A DNA stretch of 64,000 bases, from assembly GCA_001949185.1 (NCBI GenBank), contig BDGG01000006.1:912827-976826 (forward strand). The letters run 5' to 3'. Below are positions 13,182 to 45,825 of this stretch, in pieces. The DNA comes from Ramazzottius varieornatus (lineage: Eukaryota; Animalia; Tardigrada). The position numbers and the translations under genes were made by a program. The first letter of the stretch is position 1. Each line of letters starts with the position of its first letter. The notes under the pieces were generated by a model, which saw nothing but the letters and a program-made list of their open reading frames with translations, did no database searches and was not told where the DNA came from.

Positions 13182-16100
13182 GTTTTCCGCGACTTTCGCT
13201 ATCTTAATATAATAAAATTTCAAAGTGCTTTGCAAAAACATTTTTGGAAATTACTGAAGGAAAGTTTTCCGAATCGCGGAGGCTTTACGCCAGTCCTCGC
13301 GGGTGCAACCTAATTTCACCGACGATTACGCCATTTCAATGTGTCTCAAGGGTTTTCACGCACGCTCGGTTCCTCACCCACAAACATCCACCTACACGGA
13401 AATCCATAAGCCGCTGCATAATCCTCGATGACTTTTCCCCATGGGAATCCACTCAACAGGCACGTTGCATGATTGTAGCCTCGAGCGAGCTCCTCATGCA
13501 TGCCGCTGCTCCGCCTGCTCGGGCGGAAACAACAAGATAGCGCGGCCTGTCCTATTATTCTCATCCAGAATCAATACTCGGGCGACGAGGCACAAAGAGG
13601 ATCAAGGTCTGCAGACGAGGGATAGCAGGCCAAGGACTGGCCGCTCGTGACTCCCCGACCTCGTACACGCACATCACATCAGTTCATCAATAGCACCCTC
13701 ATCCCCTTTCTTCTTCCCATCCTTCCTTCCGGCCTTCCTGTCTCAGCCCAGGCAGGAGACCTCCAAGAAGCTCTCTACCTCCCAGGGTCGCGCTAGACTC
13801 GACTTCCACCTAGATGCATTACCAATTACCATACTTGACATCCCCGTCCTATTCATCCCTTCTTTCCTCGGATACTGCTTCTTAGTCATCTGCAAACACT
13901 ATTTTGACGCGCCGCCCGACATTGGCTCGGGTCTCGGCTTCTTCCCGGATGCAGGAACCATCCCGCTAAGCAGATGGCACAACAAATGCATGAAAATTCC
14001 CTCATCACGAATTCTGCTAATATTGTCCAATAAACCTCCGCAAAAGCAGACCTCGTAGAAGGGTGTAATTCATGCACACCGTCTGAAAGGTTCGCCGAAC
14101 CTTTGGTTGAAAATTATGCCCAGTTATTGCGTTGAAGGCTGAATACTCATTGGAAGGTAGAAGTCGGTTGTGAATTTTGCATGCATCCTACTCGTTATCG
14201 TGACAGGCCAAATTAGTTTTACTACAACTCCGCGGTGACGTCACTGCGAAATTCATAAATGACACCGGTCATGATCAGCCATACGGTCGAAATACGCCGT
14301 TCGAGAAACTGCACTGGCCAGTCAACCACGTGCACAGCGGCCTGCCAAACACCTAACGAGCTGATTCAAGGTCCAGTTTGATTGTGCTGCTTGCAAATTC
14401 GCATTTTCGACTTTCGAGCGGGTCCATTTTTTGAAGAAAATTTTGGGATAGTGAAAGCGTTTTGTTCAGCAGGACTTACCAGAGTTTTGTCGGGGAGATT
14501 GTGCAGAGGATGCATGAAGGAGAAGGGTGCCGGTGCAGGCGGTGAGGCTGCACTCGTGGAAGCGACGGGACTTTCAGCTTTGCGGGCAGCGCTGCCTTCC
14601 AGGATCTCGCCAGGCCGGCCGAAGCCACAAGAGTTGCAAGGTTATCTGCAGAAAGAAAACAAAATAGCATAAGATGTGTCTTTGCATAAAAAGCGGAGCA
14701 GAATATTTGATTGCACGAGCAAAGCAGGAAGGATGTGTAGCGAGAAATGCGAGCAATGATGATGAATGTATTTGTTGTACCTGCCCGCAGCGTTATGCGC
14801 TACTCTTGCTCGTCTACCGTAGCAGATGATCTGCCTAGACGTACGATCGATGCTCCTGTCCCGTCGTACGGCTTCAACCGGGGGGGGGGGGACCGTCAGC
14901 TGCACTTGATAAGGGATATAACCTGGAAAACAGATAACGTGAGGAGAACAAGTTCAAGGACAATGCGAGTTTGCGCTGCCGGTAATCCACAGAAAAAATT
15001 CCTGTTTCGTAATCGCTGGTCTCGATTCGAAGCAGGAAGCTTGTTCTATCTTTCCCCTCAACAAAACTCATCGACCACACCGGAGTTTGCAGAGGACAGC
15101 TTTGGAGCTCGGGAGAGAAAACTACTACATCGTCTTAGAAAAGGGGGCGACTTGTTGAGTCGGTCAATCAAGCGAAATACAGTAACGAAATCAACCATAA
15201 TTCCAATGTAAGTGATATCCAGGGTTCAGTTGGTTCAGTGGAACTAGACCTAGTGGAACTGGAATTGGCAGATTAAAAGGTGAAACTCCACTTCCATTGT
15301 TCGGCGAGTAATGGGCGTCTAACATGGGAAACTTCCATGTGGACAACTTTTCTCTGTACAAACCGAACAACAGGAAGAAATCTTGATTCATAACTTGGCA
15401 AAACACCAAGTGACTCGGGATCGTTTGGCTCGTTTTACTGTATTTAGAATGAATCATTCGCAGAGTGTCCCAAGGCGGAACTTTCCGCCGTGCATGTTTG
15501 AATTGGCTGACTCGCAAGGACGTCACTGCCCGCGAGGGACCACTTCACCGTCATCAACTAACTTCCATTAACTTCTAGCAGAATGCGCAGCATAGTTATG
15601 CGCTGTTTGCCTCGTTCGAACTTGCAAGCCTGCAACCGTTCAGAAGGTAGGACTCGAGAAGAATTTTTGGGCGTTATGAAAGCCATTAAGAAGCAAGAAA
15701 TATCGACATGACTAATGATCGGAAGACTAATGTCCAATAGTTCCCTGTCATTGTTCGGCGTTCGGTGGTGCAATAGCGCAATTAACGAACTGGTCCGTAG
15801 GCTTACCTTGTTCTTCGACAAAACTAGCCGAGAAACCGACGAGGAAGTATTAAGTTCCTTGGAAGTCGTCCGGGTCTGCAATCACCTGCAACAAGACAAA
15901 ATTTGCATGTTATCGACAAACACAGATTGCATGCAAAGAGATTACAATTGGTTATCTCACAAACGGAAAACAGGCCGTAGAACATCAACGTCAGTGAAAG
16001 GCTGCTCCAACACAGATCCACTTTCCAATGACGTCAAAAATTTGCGACTGCGCTTTGACAAATACGCACATCGATTGTTGATCTGCGGTTCGCGGGTTCA

Positions 16101-17461
16101 TAATTTCAGAGCAAACAACGTCAAGCCGCAATGGGAGTTCTTAGCGTCATCATAAACTTCCACTAAAAAGGTTTAGATGATATTTCAGAAATGCCAGTGA
16201 TGTCAAAATTAGAAGCGATTTCACAAAAACTTTCGAAAAGACGGTACATGTTGTCCAACCTGCCGAAATTTTAGCCGTTGAAAATATCGAAGCATGCAAG
16301 TTCAGGTAGAATTTGGACTTACCGGACTGAAATTTTGCGCACTGCGTCGTTCGAACTTTCAGCGTGGCGAGTTATTAAATGCAGGTTTCCGTTCGAACTG
16401 CACAAAACGAGGCGGTAATCTGCCAAAATTTGTGATAGCAGTTGGTACGTGCACACCCCTGGGCAAGGCTAGATATAGGCGCCGGCAAGCGTTGGGCTTG
16501 TCAACTGTGTCAGCTTGGCACAATGGTACACCTTGCGCAAGCATTCCTACACAGGTGAGTACCGATAAGCCGTCACCGAAGATTAGCTACAGTTCGTAGT
16601 ACACTTGCTTTCAGACAACGAAGGAACCGATACTCGCAACATGACAGATAGGATAGTGCACCGTGCACGAGGAATAAATTACAAGGCGGAACACGTAAAC
16701 GCAAGTCCCGCCCAGAGCGATGTCTGACACGACGCTCGGAGAGGACAGTGAAAAACCTTAGAAAGCTACAATCTCGTTTTTATACAAGCTTTGCACCATG
16801 GTACGGTTTGCACACTTCCCAGGGCGGTTCTGTCCAACAACGGCGGCTGAATGACTGCAATGTTAATCAATAGTCTTATCCGGAGTACTCCTCATGAAAT
16901 TTTAATTTGCTACGAGAAGCCAAAAAATCCAGAGTGGAATCTCGGTTGACTAGAAGATGTGAAGAATTGTTGATACATAAATGAAAAATCAGGGACAATG
17001 ACATACGAGTACGGCGAATGGCGTGGTGGGTTCCTGGAATACTGACTGCTCGTACACGAATCAAGGCCGTACTCAGGTATGCCCTTTGCCGAATGCACGT
17101 GTGGCATTGATTAAATTTTTCCTCCCATAAAACCGCGGAAGTATCTGCTCTTCATGGGAAGAGAGGCAGTAGAAGGCCAGAGGCTTGCTCCATCATTCAC
17201 AAGCCACAGTGCTTTGACTTTAAGGAAAAACACCCGAACCGAAAATGGTAAACGCTTGTACCGGAAAGAGCTTTACGGTTCGACGAAGCATTATGCGGGA
17301 ACCGTCCACGCATTTTCGCCCCGGAGGCCTTTCCGTATTCCCTGAGATCACATTGATGAGTTCACGCACTTCACCTTCTAGGCCACATTCCTCCCTACCT
17401 TCTTATCGGCTCACCAAAGAACAGACTGAATTACAAGCCCACATTTCCGTTAATATAAGTC

Positions 17462-17749
17462 GAGAGCCCAGCAAACAAACTTGACAAGATCGGTCTCCAA
17501 GTGGCGCACATTTCCAGCCAGTAACCCTGACAGCGCGCCGCTTGCAGAAAACATCTTGTCGAGTTTGCTTTCCAAGTGGCGCGCGCTCTCAGCCAACAAC
17601 AGCGAGAACGTAGGCCACTTGGCAAAACCATCAAGGCGAGTTTGTTCTTCCAAGCGGCGCCGGATTTCAGCGAATTACACTGTATACGGAGCTTGTATTA
17701 CGGGCGCCTCTTTTGAGAATCATCTGGTCGAGTTGTTTGCCGATCTCCC
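17462..17749. mobile_element. GTGGCGCAC-palindrome MITE copy, 3 units (intergenic)
   Basis: Both arms (GCAAACAAACTTGACAAGATC / GTCGAGTTGTTTGCCGATCTCCC) and three hairpins. Confidence 0.85.
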
Positions 17750-17764
17750 AAATGTACTGTGTGT

Positions 17765-17920
17765 CTGTATTCCACCGATATCTTCGCGAACCCCGTTACT
17801 AGTGGCGCCGCCTACAGGATGTACGTCATCCATACATATGCGCCTATCCGCCGTACGTCATGTACGTTTCGTAGGTGGCGCCATGGTGTCAGGCTTCGCG
17901 GAGAAATCGGGGAAATACAG
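17765..17920. mobile_element. About 155-bp fold-back element (second palindromic family, MITE-like)
   Basis: CTGTATTCCACCGATATCTTCGCGAACCCC..TGGCGCCGCCTAC mirrors GTAGGTGGCGCCA..GGCTTCGCGGAGAAATCGGGGAAATACAG (about 50-bp imperfect arms). Confidence 0.65.
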
Positions 17921-18305
17921 TAGTTGTGATGAATTCATCGAGTTACTTTATATAAAATCAAGCATAGTTAAAACTAAAAATGCGTCAATATTTGACACCC
18001 GAAAACCGAACTGAACACACCACACCGAAGAAAAAGCTGCATCACAGTCCGCCCAAATAAACTGAACAGAAAAAGGACTGTCAAATGAGCCCCGAAGGCC
18101 AACGTGGAATTGATAAACACAGCTGCCAAAACATTCATCATTAAGCTTGCAGACAAAAGGAACGGAAAGAACTGAAGAGCTAAAATATGGCTAGCTGATT
18201 CATGCAAAAAAAACGCATGAACGTTATCGAATTTCTATCAGGAAAATCACGCACTGGGATGGGGGAAGATTAATGGTTACCAAGAAGTGAAATAAATCAA
18301 TTTGA

Positions 18306-40015
<21,710 letters not shown>

Positions 40016-40562
40016 GATCAGCTCCTACTAAAGATTCCGCGATGCTCCTGGCTAGTTCATGCTTGATCCGCAGGTTCACCTGGATGAATACTCTATAAAC
40101 AAGATCGATGAATATGAGGCAGCCTAAGCAAAGGTGCAGAGTTGGCACTTTATGTTTGCCCGCTGGATGATGTTCAATCGGAAATGGGAGTGCAATAATG
40201 TTTGCAACACGTCGAAGTTAAGCTGATAATCCCCGTCCAGGCTGTGCCCAGGCACGGAACCACTGGATCACAGCACGGCCTTGATCAAGGCGAAGCGGCG
40301 GTCTCACCATATTGTTCCGCTCCACCTAACCATAGATGCCGTCTCGCTCACGCAGATGTAACTCAATGTGTTAATTGAGATCTCATCATTGATTTGTTTG
40401 GAACTGTCGATTATCAGAATCTTTGACTTCCGAACTCCGACGGCGAATCTTCCTCGTCCCTCGGGTAAAACTCTGCTTTGCATGTCTTGATCTTGGGAAC
40501 TCATTATTACCGTGTGGGATATTTTTAGGTGGATAGAAAAGCAGATTGTACTTACAGCGCAG

Positions 40563-42054
40563 ATGGAGCCAGAACTGCGCATCACGGTGGTCGACGATGA
40601 ATTCTGTCAGCTGGTGGAAGCTGAACCTGTCGAAAGTATCTATCCTGTGACCGAATTATGGCAACAGGTTCCCTATCATGTTCGGAAAGAAGTTTTCGCC
40701 TTCATGGATCTACGGATGTGTCATATCATGTCCAGGTACAGTGCCTATCAACACGAAACTACTCAGCTAACAGTTAGCAAAAGCGTGTGCAATCCAACTC
40801 GACAAGATCGTTTCCCTAAGTGGCGCACGCTTTCAGCCAGTAACACTGTGATGTGCGCCATCAAAAAAGGTGATCCTGTCGAGTTTGTGCGCCTACCTCC
40901 CAACTGGTTCCACTTCCGGTTGGTGATTTGGTGTATCTGCAGGGTGGACAAGGACTGGAAAAATCAGCTAAAGAAATCCGGTTCGCTGAACTCTGGCATC
41001 GTTTTTCTGGATTGTCGCGTCAGTATGGAGTCTCGATGGACCATAAACGGCGTCTTCGAAACGGGCTCCATCAGATTCGTTACAGACGCTTCGAAAACCC
41101 TCGCACCGTTAGACCTCGGTCCTGGTATTACTCACATTGTCATCATCGACGACTGGAAGTCCAAAGTTAGACCATTCGATCTGTTCAAGCCCTTTGGATC
41201 TCTGAAAGACTCGCTGAAAAAGTTTACAATAATCGGAAGATGGTTTATCGAGATGAGTCTAATCATCACGGCTAATTTCTGCCTGGATGAGAACCTAGAG
41301 CTGCAGTTACTGAGATGTCGGATTCCCCTCAGCTTCCCAGACATACGGGTTTTCACGGGAATACCACAGTGGGAAAAAGTTAAATGGTATTCGATAAGAC
41401 GTACAAGGATCTACCCGCTGGAGCACCACAGAAGATCTGGTTACTACAGCAGCTCGACAGCCAGGACTTACTGTGGCCCTATGGAGAAGACCAGGTGGAA
41501 TGGCTGGAACGTTCAATGAAGAAACTGGACGGACAGTTTCGGGAATATGTTCTAGCAGTCTTCCACGCTTACACGAGCACCCGGTAAGAAGTAAGACGTC
41601 GGCGAATGGACTGGACATGATCGTAACTCCAAGTGGCGCACGTGTTCTTGCTGGTGTCAGAGAGCGTGCGCCACTTGGGAAAGCGATCTGGTCGAGTTTC
41701 AAAGTGGCGCACGTCTTCATTGTTATTGGCCGGAAGTGTGCGCCACTTGGGAGATGGACCACCTCATTCATCTGCCGACGCTTCAAGTAGTCGTATCGAA
41801 GTTGGTGGTAGACCTCACGGAATAGTAGTGCTGAACAAGTTATGTTGATGGACAGGGTCTCTGTATATAAGAAAACATCGTTCCGCAAGGTGAAAGCGAG
41901 AAGTGCGGTGCTGTACGCTGAACGGGAACTGGAGACGCTGGACTGCGCATTTTACGCGCAAGTATTGAACTTTCTGTCTGCGAATGAAAAAAGCGTGGGT
42001 CTAGAACCGCCGCCGCATCTTCTACCAGAAGGTGACATATCGTTCTCTTGTTGA
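40563..42054 (+). CDS. Putative F-box protein, lineage-specific; 3' structure uncertain, possible frameshift near 41384
   Basis: Splicing out 40736-40942 gives LWQQVPYHVRKEVFAFMDLRMCHIMSRVDKDWKNQL, matching the F-box pattern. Downstream protein-like coding continues in a shifted frame. Confidence 0.55.
40785..40900. mobile_element. GTGGCGCAC-palindrome MITE copy, 1 unit (F-box gene intron)
   Basis: ACTCGACAAGATCG..AAGTGGCGCAC-GCTTTCAGCCAGTAAC..-GTGCGCCA..TGTCGAGTTTG. Confidence 0.85.
41615..41785. mobile_element. GTGGCGCAC-palindrome MITE copy, 2 units (F-box gene intron)
   Basis: Two near-consensus hairpins with 24- and 25-nt spacers. Confidence 0.9.
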
Positions 42055-42879
42055 CCATCTCGAGATTGTTCAAAAATGGCTGTTCGAGTTCATTCAATTC
42101 AGCAATTCCACCATTCTTGATGCGGACGAGCGTTTCGCGCTTCACTAAAGATCACTGCTCTTCCGAGGCAAAGACCTATGCTTTGATTTCGTTGGGGTGG
42201 AACCCGGGACGAGTGTGGGTACAGCTTTACTACATTGATACTGACCGAAAGCTGATGAGCGAGTTCGCTCCGCGCATCCTAAGAATGCCTTATTATCACA
42301 TAAGTGTAAAGTATAACGTTATCGCTGCAGAAATACCTTGTCAGAAGTAAGTTAGACCGAAACTTGAATATACAGCGCACTAAGCACAGTACGATCCGCA
42401 CAACGTTTTCGTCAACTCTGCGCATACAGAGTTGTACACTATTGCAGTACAAGAAGCTATCATGTCAGTTTGAAGTTTGAAGATTTTCCAGCACACTGCA
42501 GTGCAGGAACTTGTTATGTTTCAAGGCGTTATTTATCGATGGTTTATATACTGTTGACTTGGGCGATAAATTATCCGTGGCTTGTTTGCGGCGACAGGCT
42601 GGCCACATGCTTACCGACTCTGGGGATACCTTCTGATCACCGGTGATTTATGACTAAATTGAGTTAAACACTATCGTAATCGGCATGCCGGAAATCAAAC
42701 ACTGAATTCTGTGACGCATCTTTCCTCCGGCCGAGATAAAGTTAAATGAGTACTCGGCAATTTAGCACTGGGCTTACGGGACAGTTTTCCAAAACGCGCT
42801 CCACATACATTTGAAGGTCTATCGCGTTTATCCTGAGCTCATTCTTTTCTTATCTGGTTTTCCTCAGGACTACTTCGAG

Positions 42880-45293
42880 ATGGGACTAAAAGGATCTGTG
42901 ATCTTCGTAATTTTTGTGTCAGTATTGTGCGTTGGTTTTTCTTCCGCCCATTTCGAGGACGATCACCATTTATTACGGGACATGTCTTTACACGACGAGG
43001 AGGACTTCGACCGCAGTTCTCCACAACTGGAGTTCTATCAGGTACAATAAAAACTCAATCTCAAAACTACAGAGCGGCGCTTTCAGAAGCGCGACAAGTG
43101 GCTGATATTGCGGCTTGTTGAAACAGGTTTGCCCTCTCTATCTTTTCCGGGTCTTATTTTTTTGACACTTCACCTACAGCATCTATGTGGCTTTTTTTTA
43201 ATGGAGTTGCGGAAGCGAGATTTGACATCTACGTAGTTGTTTAGCTCTGTGTGATTTACAGATACCGGCAGATGCTCTGCTGGAAATGTCACAGTTGACC
43301 ACCGAGGAGTTCATGAATAGATTTGCGCCCAAAGACCAGCGCATACGCATACTCAGTGCCGCACCTGACGACGGGACGTCACCATTGCGAGAAACGCAAG
43401 ACGAAGGTCTTCCCGCCGCCCCTGCCGAACTTTATTCGCCCCTCGTGGGCAAATTCACAAAACGTAGGCCCAACTTTGTACAATTTGCTGTAACGCGAAA
43501 GTGAACGCTCAGATCGCATATCTTTCACAGTAGAACCTGCAGAACTTCCTCAAGCGGATTTTGTCTCCACAGAGGACACCAAGCCATCAGAACAGGCAAA
43601 GACTCCGGAAGCGACATCGTCGGAGAATGCCCATGGGAAAGAGCAAGCGCCTTTGCCACCATCAGTCCGACTTTTTGCTGGCAACTTTCGCACTGCCAGG
43701 CTACTCGGTAATTTGTCGTTACGAATGAAAAATAAATCTGGATCTTCGCTTCCGGACCCACCTTGTAACATGCCTTGTTTTACAGAAACTCGGGCGGATG
43801 CGCCATTCGCCGAGAACGCAATTTGCACTCCTCGAGACAGTAAGGGAAAATCTAAACTATTTAATAATTATCGAAGGAGATTCAAAGTCCAGGAATCCGT
43901 CATGTTGTCTCGCCATTTTCCCACGCTGGCTTACAGTTCATATGTAATGTGCGGTGGTCACGACGTGGCTGATACAGTAGAATTTGATGCTTCGAGAAAG
44001 TACTCCAAAAATCTTACGTATCATACTGTATACCTTCATCGACGTCGGAAACCTAAATCCACTCGTTTTTTCCAGCTGTTATACGGATGCCTCTCCCGTC
44101 GAACAAGTCGTTGACCATCTGGCCGGAATGCACGACCGTCAAGCAATGCGGTGGCTGTTGCGGCAACGGGAACCTAGTCTGCAAGGCAACAGGGTCGCAG
44201 CAGATTCAACGACAGGTAAACATCGGCGATTTTCCCGAAAGTTCATCGTCAATGACGTCTTTCATCCCTTATCTTATCTTTGCAGGGAATGCACTTGGCG
44301 TACATCGGGGGGACGGTGCAGTTTGTTGGCTCGACCGTCGTGGAGCTGACAGAGGATTCCCAGTGCACCTGCCAGTGTCGTCAAAATGCCAGTGACTGTA
44401 ATGCCAACCAGCGTTACGAGCCCGCAAACTGTCGTTGTGTCTGCAAGAATCAGAACATGTCCACCAGCTGTGGCCCCAATCGCGTCTGGGATGTCGAAAA
44501 GTGCGAATGCAAATGCCCAAATGCCACCGGCAAATGCCCCATCGGCTTCCACTTTGACAGCGCTTACTACTGCTCGTAAGTACAGTTCGGCTTAGGAAAT
44601 GATCGCAGATAAATTCCTCTAAATCCATGCCAAGCTACAGTACGTTCCAATACAAGGCGAAGGCAAAACACTGCAAATAATCGAATGGTTAAAACAGAAA
44701 ATCGACAAACGGAAAAGCACAAGATCGTTTTTTCCGGTGGCGCCCTTTTTCACTGTTATGGGCCGCTAGCGTACGCCGCCAGAATGGTTATTCCAAGTGG
44801 CGCATATCCTTATTGTCATCAGTTGGACACGTGCGCCACTTGAAATGACGATCGTTGACATTTCGTTTGTCGGGTTCCCACATGAATTGCAGTTTGGTTC
44901 GAGCTTTGATTTCTGGTCGTCGGCGAATAACACTTCAGTTTTACTGCCCTGTCAGAAAATGTTTGGAAAACATTGCTGGATTACCGATTTCTGCTTGATC
45001 TGATATTATGCCGGCAAGGAGCGCAAGCTGTCCCGCAGTGACGTCACAGTACTGCGTCTCGAACCGCATTAGGCTTTCGTTTCCACCCTGTCTTTTTCGC
45101 AAGCATGCGCCTCCATTCCATCGCCTCTTGCCTTATCAACCTTGTTCTTACACTGTCTCATTGTAGATGTCTACCGAACAGTGAACTGAGATCGGCCAGA
45201 GGATTCCTTCGGAGCAAAAAAGCGGACATATTTCCACCTGTTTCCATCTATCAAATGGGATTACTCGAACGCCGAACGCGCTCCGGAAGATAA
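42880..45293 (+). CDS. Pvf: Secreted PDGF/VEGF-family growth factor (Pvf-like) with C-terminal CxC/CxCxC repeats
   Basis: Signal peptide MGLKGSVIFVIFVSVLCVGFSSA; cystine knot CTPRD..IWPECTTVKQCGGCC..C..CTCQC; repeats CRCVC and CECKC; spliced last exon ends at 45293. Confidence 0.9.
44700..44879. mobile_element. GTGGCGCAC-palindrome MITE copy, 2 units (Pvf intron)
   Basis: Two hairpins, right arm TTTGTCGGGTTCCC. Confidence 0.8.
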
Positions 45294-45825
45294 GCCACCT
45301 TCTTGACAGATGATGGCCACGCGCACTTGTTGTCTTTCACTCCATGATCCCGGCTTGAGCCACGCGGCTGCCACCAAGTATTCGCTTATCGTCAACAGTT
45401 CAAAAAGGGCCAGACATCTTTTTTCTTTCGCTCCACAAATCTGAGACCTTTAGACTTCATAGTCCAGCCAAGCAAGCTTGCTTCATGGCTTCTCGGTGTA
45501 GAAAAGCCGATGCAGGACATTGACTTGTCGGCCATCTTTTTTTGCTTTTGATCTGCTTCCCTGCCACAGCTTCCTATTTTTATTATTTGCATATCGATAG
45601 TATTTCTTTTCTCGATAGTTTTGTTTCAATGAAGAATCCTATATTATTCTGTTGTTAATCTTGACTTGTAAAATTTCGCAAGAAAATTGGGCAAAAGGTT
45701 AGAAACGGCAAATAGAAAGTTCTTTACAGGTATGTGGTACGGGACCGGGTTGTCACATCCGGGAAAACGTTAATGAAAAATGTAAAGAGTCTACCTGTTT
45801 TCTGTATCACAGTCCGATGAGAGGG

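Noticed and set aside
14380-16600. ORFs of 100-154 aa (e.g. 14747-15211, 15715-16155)
   Set aside because: No motif or splice support; likely spurious or highly decayed sequence.
17431-18014. Recurrent short ORFs with KWRT/VRHL/CATW/SGAH peptides throughout the window
   Set aside because: These are translations of the palindromic repeat in different frames, not a protein family.
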